Shown: positions 12,832-25,446, numbered from the stretch's first letter. The stretch is 64,000 nt of DNA from Dehalococcoidia bacterium (GCA_030740155.1 JASLXV010000058.1:1-64000); one strand, 5' to 3'. The notes: a model not told the origin generated them from the sequence alone. Program-made: numbers and translations.

Positions 12832-13198
12832 AAAGATGTCTCGAATTGTCGCTATTGTCTCGATGCAGCCACTCGATGCGGTGTTTTTAAACTATTCTTA
12901 AACCACACCTAAAGTTTATCAGCTTGGTCAAGATTATGTCAACGGTGCTTTGCCCAATTCCTCGCCTGAATCACCCAACCGCGGCGGTGAGCCGGGGGCT
13001 GGCGGTGGACCCTAACTTGGGCAACCGGTGCCCGAGGCGTGAGGCCGGTCCCGGTGAGGGCGCCCGGTGGTCTGTGTGCCCGCGCTCTTGACCCGGCTGT
13101 CCGCCTGGCGGGACCGTCACTCCGGACAGCGATTCTCCGATGCCGCGGGCTCGTTCGTTCCTGGTTGGAACACCGGGGAGGCTTTCACCCGGCAGGCA

Positions 13199-13600
13199 TC
13201 ACGGCGCAAAGCTCGACCGGGCCTGGACTCCCCAGCGCCCGCTGACCCGGGTCATGATCCACAGTGAACGGTGGGTCGCGATCTTGCCGCCGTTCTTGTC
13301 GCGTCGGGTGAACTGGATGAATACGTGCACCTTGTTTTCGGAGCTGTGGATCACCTCTTTGGAGTCGAGGGTGCTGTGGTCCCAATCGGGCCCGGCGCGG
13401 GAGGAAAAGTCTCGCAGGTAGGACTCCTCCAAGTCGGCCAGGGTTGGCCAGATGGCGACTCCTCCGGCGGAGATCCGGACATGGGGCAGGTTGATGTTCT
13501 CATACAACGCTTTCGCGTCACCCGCGTTCAGGGCGGCAAAAAAAGCGTCCAACGCCTGGAGCGCGGGTGCTTCGCTGGCCGGCCGTCGATTCTCCATCAT
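13199..13600 (-). CDS. NTF2/SnoaL-like protein
   Basis: ALDAFFAALNAGD..PHVRI..FTR..SLWIMT..WGVQARSSFA; AAGGAGG RBS before ATG 13600. Confidence 0.7.
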   Translation of the reverse strand: MMENRRPASEAPALQALDAFFAALNAGDAKALYENINLPHVRISAGGVAIWPTLADLEESYLRDFSSRAGPDWDHSTLDSKEVIHSSENKVHVFIQFTRRDKNGGKIATHRSLWIMTRVSGRWGVQARSSFAP

Positions 13601-13817
13601 GGGCGCCTCCTTCACGAGAAAATCTGATTGGACACGCGATGCGAAAAGTCCGAGGGGCGAACGATTGGAACATTGCCGTTAGCCGGGCATTTCCCCTTCC
13701 GGCCGCGGGCCAGCGCCGGGCTCACCGCGAGCCAGGAATTGCCCGGCCGACCGAAGCGTGGCATCTTCGCTCCGTGGGCTTCGTGGGCCTGAAGCCGGCC
13801 GGTGGCGGGGAACTCCT

Positions 13818-14600
13818 TCAGGAGCCGGATGGCCGGAAGGACTCGGCGTTGTCCACTGGGGCGTAGCCCAGCACTTGGCGGGCCCTGGGGGTGTCGTATA
13901 TCTTCCAGGTGTTGTTCGAGGTGGCGAAGAAGATGTCGTAGGATGTCTCCATTGTCTCGATACACAACTCCACCAGTCGGGCCAGGTCCCGGCGGCTTAG
14001 CCAGCTGACATAACTACGCGGGTCTGCGCCGGGCCGGTCGTCCCGGCCCATGGTGCCCAGACGAAGGCAGATGACCGACATCCCGAGATCTTCGGCGTAG
14101 TAGCGGCCCAAGGCCTCGCCGAAGATCTTGCTGGCCGCGTAAGGGCCATCGGGTCTAACGGGCATCTCGTGGGTTACCAGGGGTACCTGATCCGGCTTGA
14201 GGCCGCCGTACTCGCCCTGGGCGATGGCGGAGTAGGGGTGGTCGCCCTCGTAAAGCCCGTCGACGTGCATCGAGCTGAAAAAGATCACCCTTTTCGCTCC
14301 ACCCTGCCGGGCCGCCTCGTAAACATTGGCCGTGGCCAGGATGTTGTCGGGGATGAGGATGTCCCACCAGATGTCCGGCGTGTGCCTGGGTTCCGCCGCC
14401 ATGTGGACCACCACATCCACCCCCTGGAAAGCTGGGAGAATGGCGGGCAGGTCGGTCAGGTCGGCAACGATGGAGTCGGCCTGGGGTCCCGCCACCCGGT
14501 CGACACCCTTGAAGTGATACTTGCTCCCCAGCTCTCCCCGCAAGGCGGTGCCGATCTTGCCGGCCGACCCCGTGAGGAGAACTGTCTTCATATCTGCCAT
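13818..14600 (-). CDS. NAD-dependent epimerase/dehydratase (uronate dehydrogenase-like)
   Basis: TGSAGKIG, YAASK, WLSRRD. Confidence 0.85.
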   Translation of the reverse strand: MADMKTVLLTGSAGKIGTALRGELGSKYHFKGVDRVAGPQADSIVADLTDLPAILPAFQGVDVVVHMAAEPRHTPDIWWDILIPDNILATANVYEAARQGGAKRVIFFSSMHVDGLYEGDHPYSAIAQGEYGGLKPDQVPLVTHEMPVRPDGPYAASKIFGEALGRYYAEDLGMSVICLRLGTMGRDDRPGADPRSYVSWLSRRDLARLVELCIETMETSYDIFFATSNNTWKIYDTPRARQVLGYAPVDNAESFRPSGS

Positions 14601-14910
14601 AAAACACCTGCCCGTGCCGGTTCTGATCTTCCCTGAAGACTAGTCGCGGCCCCCTGGCCTGTCAACCCTGGCTTTGATGAAGGGTTGTGGATCGTCAACC
14701 CTGCTCCGCCGGGTCCGCGCTTTCTAACCTCGCCGGGCCCCTCTCGCGGCCCACGAAAATAACCGGCAGGCCCGTTTTGGTGTTAGGATAACCGGCGGAG
14801 TTCCGGTGAGTCCGTCGTCATGGCATCCGACACCGGTTGCGACTCCGCGCTCTCCGCGGTTTTGAGACAGTCTTCAGCGTTGACCATCCAGCAACCTCAG
14901 TAGGGACAGT

Positions 14911-15651
14911 TTGCCCGAAATTCTGCCCGAGATTCTTGTATTTGCCGCCATCGTCCTTGCCGCCTTCATCGGATTTACCATGGCGGGCATGGCCGGGTTT
15001 GGTGGGGGCATGGCCACCCTGCCCGTGCTGGTGTGGGCCTTCGGGATACGCGAGGCTATTCCGCTGCTGGCCATAACCCAGATACTCGGCAGCATCTCGA
15101 GGGCGTGGTTCACTCGGGAGGATATATCCTGGCCGGTGGTCAAGTGGTTTACCCTGGGCGCCTTGCCACCGGCCGCGTTGGGCAGTCTGCTTTTCGTCGC
15201 CATCCCCACCACGATCCTGGTTCGGGTCCTGGGGGTCGCGCTCATCTTGCTCGTCGTGCTGCCGCAGATCCCTCGGGCACCGAGAGTCAGAATGACTTTG
15301 AGGGGATTTGCTCCCATTGGGGCGACGGCTGGGTTCCTCTCCGCTGTTCTTGGAATTCCTGGGCCATTCTACGCGCCATTCTATTTGGCTTACGGTCTCT
15401 CGCCCAGATCGTATATCGGCACCTCGTCCGTGGGAATGCTGCTGGTGCAGATACCCAAGCTGGCTGTTTTCGGCAGCAACGGACTGCTGGATGCCCATAC
15501 GGTGTCCGTTGGCGTTGCCGTCGGGATGGTCGCATTCTTTGCATCATACGTGGGCCAGCGGATTCTGCGGCTGATGCCCCAGAGGCTGTTTCCCATCCTC
15601 ATCAACGTCATGCTGATCGCTGTTGGAGTGCTCTTCGCGGTTCGGGGTTGA
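14911..15651 (+). CDS. TauE/SafE (TSUP) family membrane transporter
   Basis: GMAGFGGG, GFLSAVLGIPGP, multiple TM helices. Confidence 0.85.
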   Translation: MPEILPEILVFAAIVLAAFIGFTMAGMAGFGGGMATLPVLVWAFGIREAIPLLAITQILGSISRAWFTREDISWPVVKWFTLGALPPAALGSLLFVAIPTTILVRVLGVALILLVVLPQIPRAPRVRMTLRGFAPIGATAGFLSAVLGIPGPFYAPFYLAYGLSPRSYIGTSSVGMLLVQIPKLAVFGSNGLLDAHTVSVGVAVGMVAFFASYVGQRILRLMPQRLFPILINVMLIAVGVLFAVRG

Positions 15652-15845
15652 GAACACCCGGAGCTTGCAGCTTCAGAAACTGGACGATTGGCGGGCGTCG
15701 GCAACCGGCGCCAGGGGGCGTCCCAGGTCCCGCCCGAGGCCGCCGCTTCGGCGAGGCGGTTCGAGAAGTGAGCCGGCCGTCTTTCATCCGGGCCGGCTTT
15801 GTCGACACCCTGGAAAGAGCGGAGTCCGGAGGGAACGGCCGCAGA

Positions 15846-18800
15846 CTACTGGGCCGGCCCCTGGGCCGCCTCAGTCATCCATTTGGTCTCGTAGATCACG
15901 ACCTCTTCGCTCCGGAAAACCGGCTCCAGAAAACCCGCATCCGCCATTCGGGAAAACTTCAACAGGCCCGGATGGCTATAGTAGATCCGCTCCAGCTCCC
16001 CGACCATGATGTATTTGACGTCGTACTGGCGCAGCAGGGTTTCGGCCCGTCTGGGGTCGGTGGTCTCGTACATCTCGCGTATCCGGGACGCCCGTTCCCT
16101 AATCTCGCCTTGATAATCCCAGCGCTGCTGCATCTGGTGCCACGGCCAGCCCAGCACCGTGGGCAGGCCGGTGTAAATAGAGATTCGGGCGCTCCAATGG
16201 TACTGTTCGTCGTGGGCCTCCAGCACCACCGGGGAGCCGGCGACATTGTCCTGCAGCCACAAGATGGCCTCCCGGTCGGACCTGAGCCCGAAGGGCTGAT
16301 CCCTTTCCCGGTGGACCGCCTGCTCCATATAGGCGGTGCCGTCCAGGGTGGCTGGTCCGGGATTGAACCGGTCGCCCACCCGAGTCCGGGTCCCCATCAC
16401 GGTGTAGATCAAGCTGGACCCAATGAGCAGCACCAGCATCACCATCCAGGCGCCCTTCCACCAGTTCCAGCGCCGGAACACCCCCTGGGACCCCAGGCGC
16501 CAGAGCATGTACGCCGACACGATGCTAAGCAGGACCCAAACTTCCAGGTAGTACTTGAAGAAGGTGTTCATCCGGCCGATGTCGCCTTGCAGGCGAACCA
16601 GTTCGACCCCGATGCCGATGGCCAGAGCCATGCCCAGCAACACGAGCGGCACGGAGGCGAAGGGAAGGTCCCGGTCCCGGGACCTCAGGAGTTCCCGAGC
16701 GACCGTTCCGGCAAGCATCAGGAAAACCAGGAGCATCACCGCTGTCCAGTATCCGGTTGCCGCCAGCAGCACCGCGGCCAGCGACGCGAAGCCCAGCCCG
16801 GCTTGGAGCCAGGTGAGTTGAAGGCCGCCTCCGCCAAGCCATTCGGACGGAGGCCGGAGCCAGATGCCCAGCACCGCCTCTTTCAAAACGAAACGGGCCT
16901 GGTAAATCAGGAAGGTGGCGATGATGAACAGGAACAGGCCGTGGATGCCCAGGAACCGGTCAATGGAGGTCCGCCACTTGGACGCCTCGATCCCGGCGTT
17001 GAACGCCTCGTAGGATTGGTGGAAGGGCAGGAAGGCCAGAAGACTCAGCGCCACCACGCCGGCGGCCAGGCTGATCAACAGCGTCACCTTTAGCGGGACG
17101 GGTCCCGGCTTGAAGTAGACGGCCAGACCCAGCAGGGCCAGCGTGAGCAGCAGGTACGAAGGGTAATCCCAGCTATTGATGACCCACAGCGCCCCCAGGG
17201 CCAGGGACAGCGCGCCCGCCGCGGCCACGGTCCAGAGCCACCCATTGTTTCTTAGCCCCACCACCAGGTTCAGCCCCAGTCCGATGACCAGCAGGGTGAA
17301 CGGTATAACCATCATGTGGGCGTGAAGGTCGGCGAACAGAAAGGTGAAGAATGGGAACTCGGTGATGTGCGAGGACATGTCCGGGGCGTTCGGTATCTTG
17401 TCGGGTACCCAGAAGAGCAGCGGTGAGGGGTCGAAATTCTCCTGGAAAGGCAGCATGCGGCTGCTGCGCCAGAAGTCGAAGGCGGGAAAAACCCGGCCGT
17501 CCACCAACTTGTACCAGGTCCCTTGGACGATCTGGACCATGCCGTCGAGGTTGCCCATGACTGCGGTGAATAGTCCGGCCAGCAACCCGGCGCCGGCCGG
17601 GGTCCAGAGGGTCCACCGGCGGCGCCGTCCTGGGGACTCCCCAGCGGCGGCGCTCTCCCCAACGGGAGCGGGTTCCTGGGTCCGGCGCACGCCTTCGGCC
17701 AGGTTGTACACCAGGGAGTAGGCCCCGGTGACCGCCAGGGCGAAGAACAGCGGCACCGCCAGGTTGAAGGCCGTGGCGGGCAGAATCCCGGTAACCCGGA
17801 TCAGGCCGGCCAGCACGAAGTAGCCCCAGTAGTAGTAGTTCAGATAGCCCCCGGCAAACCAGGGGTCGAATGGGGGTAGCGACGTGGAACGCACCACCGC
17901 GTTGAGGTACGCCAGTTCCATCGGCTTCTCGCCGCCCCGCCACTGGTGCCACAGATCGGGGTTGGCGGCGCGGATGGCCACGAAGGCCAGAAAGGCGGCG
18001 ATGAACAACACCTCTCCCAGGAGCAGCAACCGCCAATGCTCGATCAAGAATTGCTTGATCTCCCGCCAGCGGGTCACCAAAACCAGCGCCGATAGTGAAC
18101 CGATGGTCAGGAACCCAAGCAGGAGCGCGGTGCGGGAAAAGTCGATCCAACCCAGGCTCACCGACAGCCAGGCAACGTAGCTGACTCCCAGGAGCCCGAG
18201 CACTCGGGCCAGGACGATGCCCCGGTCGGGCAGCGGCCGGAAAATGAACATGGACAGGGGCAGCGCCACCAGGTACGCCAGCTCCACCACCAGTAGCCAG
18301 GCCAGGATCGGCACGCGGTTGGTCCAACTGTCCCGGTGCACGATGTCGGACCAGGTGCCGCCGCCTTGCTGGACCGCCTTTTCCTCATTCGACAGCATCA
18401 GCCCGACCGCCGGTGGGGGTGGCTCGTACACCAGCCGGCGGGTTAGCTCCCTTTCGGTCAGGCGGTCATCGTTGTGAAACACCAGCACCGTGGGGTGATC
18501 GTATCCCACCACGTTGTCGTCGGCGTAGCCCAGGTCCAAGGTAACCGCGGACGTTTGGCCGGGCACCCGGGGTTCCGGCCGGGGCAGTCCGGCGCGCCCA
18601 AAGGGGTCATCGCGAAAAGCCACGCCCGCCAGGTTCGGGTAGGACGTAAATGCCCTCTCCAGGCGGTAGCCCAGCCCGCCGGCAAACAGTTGCCGGTAGT
18701 AGCTGCCGCTCAGGGGGAACCGCTCCGGCGCCCGGGCCACGCTGCCGTAGGGCCGGCCGCTGTAGAACACCAGATACTCGGAGGAGGCCAGGTGCTGGGC

Positions 18801-20372
18801 CAACGTGGTCATCTTTTGCGCGTTGTCCGGATCGTACACTGGGAACTGCCAGACCCGGTACCGGTACAGGTCGGGGATGAACTCATCCCAGTGGTTGTCA
18901 CTCAGGATCGATGTCCCCGGATCTACGTTGGCCTTGATCCAGTTGGAGGCCGTCACCGCCGGGTGGTCCCTGACGTACACTTTTTCAAAGGCCAGGGCGT
19001 AAAAGGCGGTGGCGCCGACCACCACGGCCACCAGACCCATCGGGAGCCAGGCCAAAGACGGCAATGAGCCGCGGAGGCGTCGAGCCAAAGAGTCGATCTT
19101 CTCTGTGACTCTGTGTCTCCGTGGCAATTCTAGGGGGAGGGGCCGAACCGGCGACCTGAACACATCCACCAGCCAGAGCAGCATCCTGGCCCCCATCAGG
19201 ATCATGAACGGCATCAACGGGAAGACGTAGCGAAGGAACCGGACCTCAAAGCTCTCCAAGAACAACAGAGTGGGGACCACCCAGGCCAGGAGCAGCAGAT
19301 CGGCCCGCCGGCTCTTCCCCCGTCTCAGGGCCAGAATTGCCGTGAAGGGGATGGCGATCCAGGCCACGATACCCAGGGGCAAGCCCAACCCCCAGACCGA
19401 ACTCTGCTGGATTTGGTAAAGAAACGCCGGCGTGTCGATGTACTGGATGGTAAACGGCCACAGACCGGCGTGGCGGGCCATATTGGCCTGGGCCCCGATG
19501 TCACCGAAGAATGCGCCGGCATCCAGAATGGCGTATGGGGTGGTGAGGAGGAACATGGCCCCGGCAACGGCTCCGGCCACTGCGGCATGGCCCAAGGTCC
19601 GCCGCACCACCGCGACGTTGATGTCCGGCCAGCGGCCATCCACCGAGTCCAGGATTCGGTACCAGTAGGCCAGGGACAGGGGCAGCAGCAGCGGCAGGAT
19701 GCTGATCTTGGGCGCCAACGCCAGCCCGATCATCAGACCCAGCAGCGCCGAGTCCCGCAGCCGTCTCCGTTCCACCATCCGGAGCATCGCCCAGAAGCTG
19801 CCCAGCGTGAACAGGACCGAAAAGGTTTCGGGCCGGTAGAAGTGGCTGTTTTGAATGTGGATGACCGCCAGGGCCGTCAGCGCGGCGGCCAGCAAGCCTG
19901 CTCCCCGGCCGAACATGCGCCTGCCCAGGACGTATATCAGGAAGATGGTGCCCGCGTCAGCCAGGGCGGACAGCGGCCGGCCCACGAAACGCATTTCCAA
20001 GGCGCTGATGTCGGTGAACCGCTCCACCACGAAGCGAAAACCAACCATGACGTAGATCAGGATGCTGCCGAGGGGGAACCAGTGGGGGTTCAGCGGGCTG
20101 CGCTCGGCGTCCAGCAGCGTGCCGATGCCGGGGAATCTGGGCTCGGCGTCCGGTTGGTCTCGAACGTAGCCGCAGTTCTCGTAGCCGGGGACCTCGGTGA
20201 GCAGGTCATACATGCACCCGGAGCGCATGTAGATGTCCCGCTCGTCCGGGTGAAAACCGCGGCCCGAGTCCCAGTCGGTCCCGTAGAGGCGGAGCCCCAG
20301 GCCTACCGCGAGGATGAGGACCAAGAGCCAGAAGGGCCAGGTCAGGCGGCCGTTAAGTGTCAGCCAGTGCAT
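15846..20372 (-). CDS. GT-C (PMT/ArnT-like) domain fused to DUF2298/Chlor_Arch_YYY domain
   Basis: N-half LRLYG..FHPDE, NPHWFPLG, SHFYRPE; C-half GGEKPMELAYLNA, DPWFAGGYLNYYYWG, TEFPFFTFLFADLHAH, RMNTFFK, TGLPTVLGW. Confidence 0.85.
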   Translation of the reverse strand: MHWLTLNGRLTWPFWLLVLILAVGLGLRLYGTDWDSGRGFHPDERDIYMRSGCMYDLLTEVPGYENCGYVRDQPDAEPRFPGIGTLLDAERSPLNPHWFPLGSILIYVMVGFRFVVERFTDISALEMRFVGRPLSALADAGTIFLIYVLGRRMFGRGAGLLAAALTALAVIHIQNSHFYRPETFSVLFTLGSFWAMLRMVERRRLRDSALLGLMIGLALAPKISILPLLLPLSLAYWYRILDSVDGRWPDINVAVVRRTLGHAAVAGAVAGAMFLLTTPYAILDAGAFFGDIGAQANMARHAGLWPFTIQYIDTPAFLYQIQQSSVWGLGLPLGIVAWIAIPFTAILALRRGKSRRADLLLLAWVVPTLLFLESFEVRFLRYVFPLMPFMILMGARMLLWLVDVFRSPVRPLPLELPRRHRVTEKIDSLARRLRGSLPSLAWLPMGLVAVVVGATAFYALAFEKVYVRDHPAVTASNWIKANVDPGTSILSDNHWDEFIPDLYRYRVWQFPVYDPDNAQKMTTLAQHLASSEYLVFYSGRPYGSVARAPERFPLSGSYYRQLFAGGLGYRLERAFTSYPNLAGVAFRDDPFGRAGLPRPEPRVPGQTSAVTLDLGYADDNVVGYDHPTVLVFHNDDRLTERELTRRLVYEPPPPAVGLMLSNEEKAVQQGGGTWSDIVHRDSWTNRVPILAWLLVVELAYLVALPLSMFIFRPLPDRGIVLARVLGLLGVSYVAWLSVSLGWIDFSRTALLLGFLTIGSLSALVLVTRWREIKQFLIEHWRLLLLGEVLFIAAFLAFVAIRAANPDLWHQWRGGEKPMELAYLNAVVRSTSLPPFDPWFAGGYLNYYYWGYFVLAGLIRVTGILPATAFNLAVPLFFALAVTGAYSLVYNLAEGVRRTQEPAPVGESAAAGESPGRRRRWTLWTPAGAGLLAGLFTAVMGNLDGMVQIVQGTWYKLVDGRVFPAFDFWRSSRMLPFQENFDPSPLLFWVPDKIPNAPDMSSHITEFPFFTFLFADLHAHMMVIPFTLLVIGLGLNLVVGLRNNGWLWTVAAAGALSLALGALWVINSWDYPSYLLLTLALLGLAVYFKPGPVPLKVTLLISLAAGVVALSLLAFLPFHQSYEAFNAGIEASKWRTSIDRFLGIHGLFLFIIATFLIYQARFVLKEAVLGIWLRPPSEWLGGGGLQLTWLQAGLGFASLAAVLLAATGYWTAVMLLVFLMLAGTVARELLRSRDRDLPFASVPLVLLGMALAIGIGVELVRLQGDIGRMNTFFKYYLEVWVLLSIVSAYMLWRLGSQGVFRRWNWWKGAWMVMLVLLIGSSLIYTVMGTRTRVGDRFNPGPATLDGTAYMEQAVHRERDQPFGLRSDREAILWLQDNVAGSPVVLEAHDEQYHWSARISIYTGLPTVLGWPWHQMQQRWDYQGEIRERASRIREMYETTDPRRAETLLRQYDVKYIMVGELERIYYSHPGLLKFSRMADAGFLEPVFRSEEVVIYETKWMTEAAQGPAQ

Positions 20373-20616
20373 CCGCGGTCAGCGCTCGGCCGTCAGCATC
20401 CAGCAGTCATCTCTCCGATGAGGTGCTGTAACCACCGGTGAAGGCCGGCGGCAGGACGATTGTCCGGCGGGGATGGAGGCAGGAAGGGGTGTTTCAACCA
20501 GCCCAATATGAACCCCCCCGGCCCCCCTTTGAGAGGGGCCCAGGGGGGATTCTTTCGCGGTCCATCCTGATTCGGCCAAGGAGACCCCTTCCTGGTCTTA
20601 CGGACCCGGGAGCGGC

Positions 20617-21630
20617 TCAGATGCCTTTGTCGCTTATCAGGGCGCACAAATCGGCGGTACGGCAGGAGTATCCCCACTCGTTGTCGTACCAGCCCATCAC
20701 CTTCACCATGCGCTTTTCCATGACGAGAGTGGAGAGGGCGTCGTAAATGCAGCTATGCGGGTTGCCACGGAAGTCTGAGCTGACCAACGGCTCGTCAGCG
20801 TATTCAAGAATGCCCTTCAGAGGGCCGTGGGCTGCCTTCAGGAAGGCCTGGTTGACCTCCTCAATGGTCACATCCTTCGATACGTTGGCCGTGAAGTCAG
20901 TGATGGAACCGGTGGCCGTGGGCACCCGGAGGGCGAGCCCGTGGAGCTTGCCGTTCAACTCGGGCAACACCACCCCCACGGCGCGGGCCGCGCCGGTGCC
21001 GGTGGGAATGATGTTCAGGGCGGCGGCGCGGGACCGGCGTAAATCCGAATGGCGCTGGTCCAGAATTACCTGATCGTTGGTGTACGAATGAACGGTTGTC
21101 ATGAGGCCGTGCTCCACGCCGAAGGCCTCGTGCAGAACTTTCACCATGGGAGCGAAACAGTTGGTGGTGCAGGAGGCGTTGGAGATAATCGTGTGCTTGG
21201 CCGCATCATACAGCTGGTCGTTGACCCCCAGGACCACCATCAGGTCGACACCGCTGGCCGGCGCGGAGATCACCACCTTCTTGGCGCCGCCTTTCAGGTG
21301 TCCCGAGGCGCTCTCTGAATCGGTGAAAAACCCGGTGGACTCGATCACCAGGTCGATATTCTCCTCCGACCACGGGATTTTGGCGGGTTCGCGCTCCGAG
21401 TAGACCCGGATGTTGGCCTGGTCCACAACCAGCTCCCCATCTCCGGCTTCCACCTTGCCGGGGTACGTTCCGTAGGTGGAATCGTACTTGAACAGGTGGG
21501 CGTTGGTTTTGGCGTCGGTCAAGTCATTTACCGCAACCACTTGCAGCTTGTCCGGGTGCAGCGAGTTGATCGCTCGCAGCACCAGGCGGCCGATTCTGCC
21601 AAAACCGTTGATGCCGATTCGCGTCGCCAT
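20617..21630 (-). CDS. gap: Glyceraldehyde-3-phosphate dehydrogenase
   Basis: GINGFGRIGR, SNASCTTNC, WYDNEWGYS. Confidence 0.98.
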   Translation of the reverse strand: MATRIGINGFGRIGRLVLRAINSLHPDKLQVVAVNDLTDAKTNAHLFKYDSTYGTYPGKVEAGDGELVVDQANIRVYSEREPAKIPWSEENIDLVIESTGFFTDSESASGHLKGGAKKVVISAPASGVDLMVVLGVNDQLYDAAKHTIISNASCTTNCFAPMVKVLHEAFGVEHGLMTTVHSYTNDQVILDQRHSDLRRSRAAALNIIPTGTGAARAVGVVLPELNGKLHGLALRVPTATGSITDFTANVSKDVTIEEVNQAFLKAAHGPLKGILEYADEPLVSSDFRGNPHSCIYDALSTLVMEKRMVKVMGWYDNEWGYSCRTADLCALISDKGI

Positions 21631-21859
21631 TCTCTACCTCCGCATCCTCTTGTGTTTCCCCTCCCAGCTGCCCCGCACCGGTCAGAGTGCCGGGCCGCGC
21701 TCAGGCCAGTATATGATAAACCCGTTGCCGGGGAAAGAAAAGGTTGACGTAAGCCAGCGCTCCACCGGGATAATTGGAGAAAACTCGCCCTGAGTGCGCC
21801 GGTTTTGGACAGGCGGGAGGCCGTCCCGGCCGGGAGGGCGCCGGGCTGAAACGAGGGCC

Positions 21860-23705
<1,846 letters not shown>

Positions 23706-23815
23706 CTAACGAAACACCTCGGTACTGTACGAAATAACCCGAGTATGGGACTGGGCATTATAGCAGCTTGCCCCTATATCCTGCCGCCAACACCCGCGGA
23801 GTTCGGAGGTTGCGG

Positions 23816-23917
23816 AGCCACAGAGGCACAGAGGCACAGAGATACGGAAATAAGGACGGTGTCACGGAGTCACAAAGAAAAACCTCTGTGTCTCTGTGTC
23901 TCCGTGCCTCTGTGGCT
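23816..23917. repeat. Palindromic CACAGAG-unit element (family D)
   Basis: AGCCACAGAGGCACAGAGGCACAGAGA ... CTCTGTGTCTCCGTGCCTCTGTGGCT. Confidence 0.8.
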
Positions 23918-23927
23918 AACCCTCGTT

Positions 23928-25430
23928 CTAGGTTCCCGGCAAAATAGCCCGGCTCGCCGCCTCGATAGGATCGAGAATCGGGGCCGGGTAAACCCCGATC
24001 CAGACCATCGCTACCACCCCGATGGCCAGCACCGCCAACAGCAACACCGGGGGCTTCCCGGCCAGGCCGGTCAGGCCCTGGGAAACCTCGTCCGCCTCGG
24101 GCTCCGGGCCGGCTTCGATGTACATCTGCCGTATCACCTGGAGGTAGTAGTAGAGGGAAATCAGGCTGGTGAAGATGGCGAGGCCGGCCAGCCAGAGGAA
24201 CCCATCGTTGGCCACGGCGGTAAACAGGTAGAACTTGATGGCGAACCCGGCGAAGATGGGAAGGCCGCTCAGGGAAAACAGCCCCATGGCGATGGCGGCG
24301 GCCAGGAAGGGTTGACGGTCGGCCAGACCGGCGAAGTCGGCGATCAGCTCCTTCCCGGTCATGTTGAAGAAAGCGATCAGTCCGGCAAATACCACCAGGT
24401 TGGTGATCGAATAGCCCACCAGGTAGAGCATGATGCCGTTGGAGGCCAGGGCCGAGTCCGAAGACAGGGCGGCGAAGCCCGCCAGGATGAACCCGGCGTG
24501 CCCGATGCTGGAGTAGGCCATCATCCGCTTGATGTTCTTCTGGGCCAGGGCCACCAGGTTGCCCACGAGCATTGTCACCGCCGACAGCACCGCCAGGATA
24601 ATCTGCCACTGGTCCCAGCGGTCGGTTGCGGGTACGAACCCCTCGGCGGTCAGGCGCAGCACCAGGGCAAATGCCGCCGCCTTGGACCCGATGGTCAGAT
24701 AGGCGGTGACGGGGTAGGGCGCGCCCTCGTACACGTCAGGGGCCCACATGTGGAAGGGTACCGCTCCCACTTTGAAGCCCAGCCCCACCACGATCAGCGC
24801 CACGCCGACCCACAACGCCGGGCTAACCTCGGTGGCGGCTCCCAGGGCGATGCTGATGTCTTCAAACCGGGTTACCCCGAGGGTGCTGTACACCATGCTG
24901 ATGCCGTACAGCATGATGGCCGAGGAGAAGGCGCCGATTATGATGTACTTGAGGCCGGCCTCGTTGGACTTGGCGTTGCCTCGGGCATAGGAGGCCAGCA
25001 CGTACAGGCTGAAGCTGAGCAGCTCCAGAGAGATGTAAGCAGTCAAAAGCTCCCGGGACTGGGCCATCAGGTTCATGCCCAGGATCGAGAAGAGGAGCAG
25101 CCCGTAAAACTCTCCGGGGTTGTCGAGGAATTTCCTCACGTGCTCGATGGAGCTGAGTATGATGAAAACGCCCATGGCCAGGAAGAAGACCTTGAAGAAC
25201 AAGGAGTAGTCGTCGATGGCCAGCAGCCCGCCGTAGAGCGATTCATCCTCGCCCCACAGCATCACCACCGAAACGCCGATCACGCCCAGAAGCCCGGCGA
25301 TGGACAGCCAGGCCAGCAACTCTTTGCGATCGTCCGGCAGCACCAGATCGATGGCGAAGACCGCGAAAGCCAGGGCCGCCAACACGAACTCCGGCGTCAG
25401 CAGGTGCAGATTTTCGGTCAGGTCAGGCAT
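23928..25430 (-). CDS. nuoN: Complex I subunit N
   Basis: SNEAGLKY, FKVGAVPFHMWAPDVYEGAP, KRMMAYSSIGH. Confidence 0.95.
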   Translation of the reverse strand: MPDLTENLHLLTPEFVLAALAFAVFAIDLVLPDDRKELLAWLSIAGLLGVIGVSVVMLWGEDESLYGGLLAIDDYSLFFKVFFLAMGVFIILSSIEHVRKFLDNPGEFYGLLLFSILGMNLMAQSRELLTAYISLELLSFSLYVLASYARGNAKSNEAGLKYIIIGAFSSAIMLYGISMVYSTLGVTRFEDISIALGAATEVSPALWVGVALIVVGLGFKVGAVPFHMWAPDVYEGAPYPVTAYLTIGSKAAAFALVLRLTAEGFVPATDRWDQWQIILAVLSAVTMLVGNLVALAQKNIKRMMAYSSIGHAGFILAGFAALSSDSALASNGIMLYLVGYSITNLVVFAGLIAFFNMTGKELIADFAGLADRQPFLAAAIAMGLFSLSGLPIFAGFAIKFYLFTAVANDGFLWLAGLAIFTSLISLYYYLQVIRQMYIEAGPEPEADEVSQGLTGLAGKPPVLLLAVLAIGVVAMVWIGVYPAPILDPIEAASRAILPGT

Positions 25431-25446
25431 TGGTTCTCGCTAGTTG

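Noticed and set aside
12832..12870. Possible ATC start extending the small membrane protein (IETIATIRDIF)
   Set aside because: The extension looks protein-like but there is no clear RBS; too weak to call.
12962..13130. c-di-AMP riboswitch-like start (GCCTGAATC..GCCGGGGG)
   Set aside because: Remaining consensus blocks not found and no gene lies downstream on that strand.
13680..13750. Cobalamin riboswitch-like GAGCCAGGA segment
   Set aside because: Explained by a simple inverted repeat (CCGGGCATTTCC/GGAATTGCCCGG); other conserved boxes are missing.
14911..14935. 12-bp tandem duplication at the TSUP gene start (MPEILPEIL)
   Set aside because: In-frame, two imperfect copies, only affects start-site choice.
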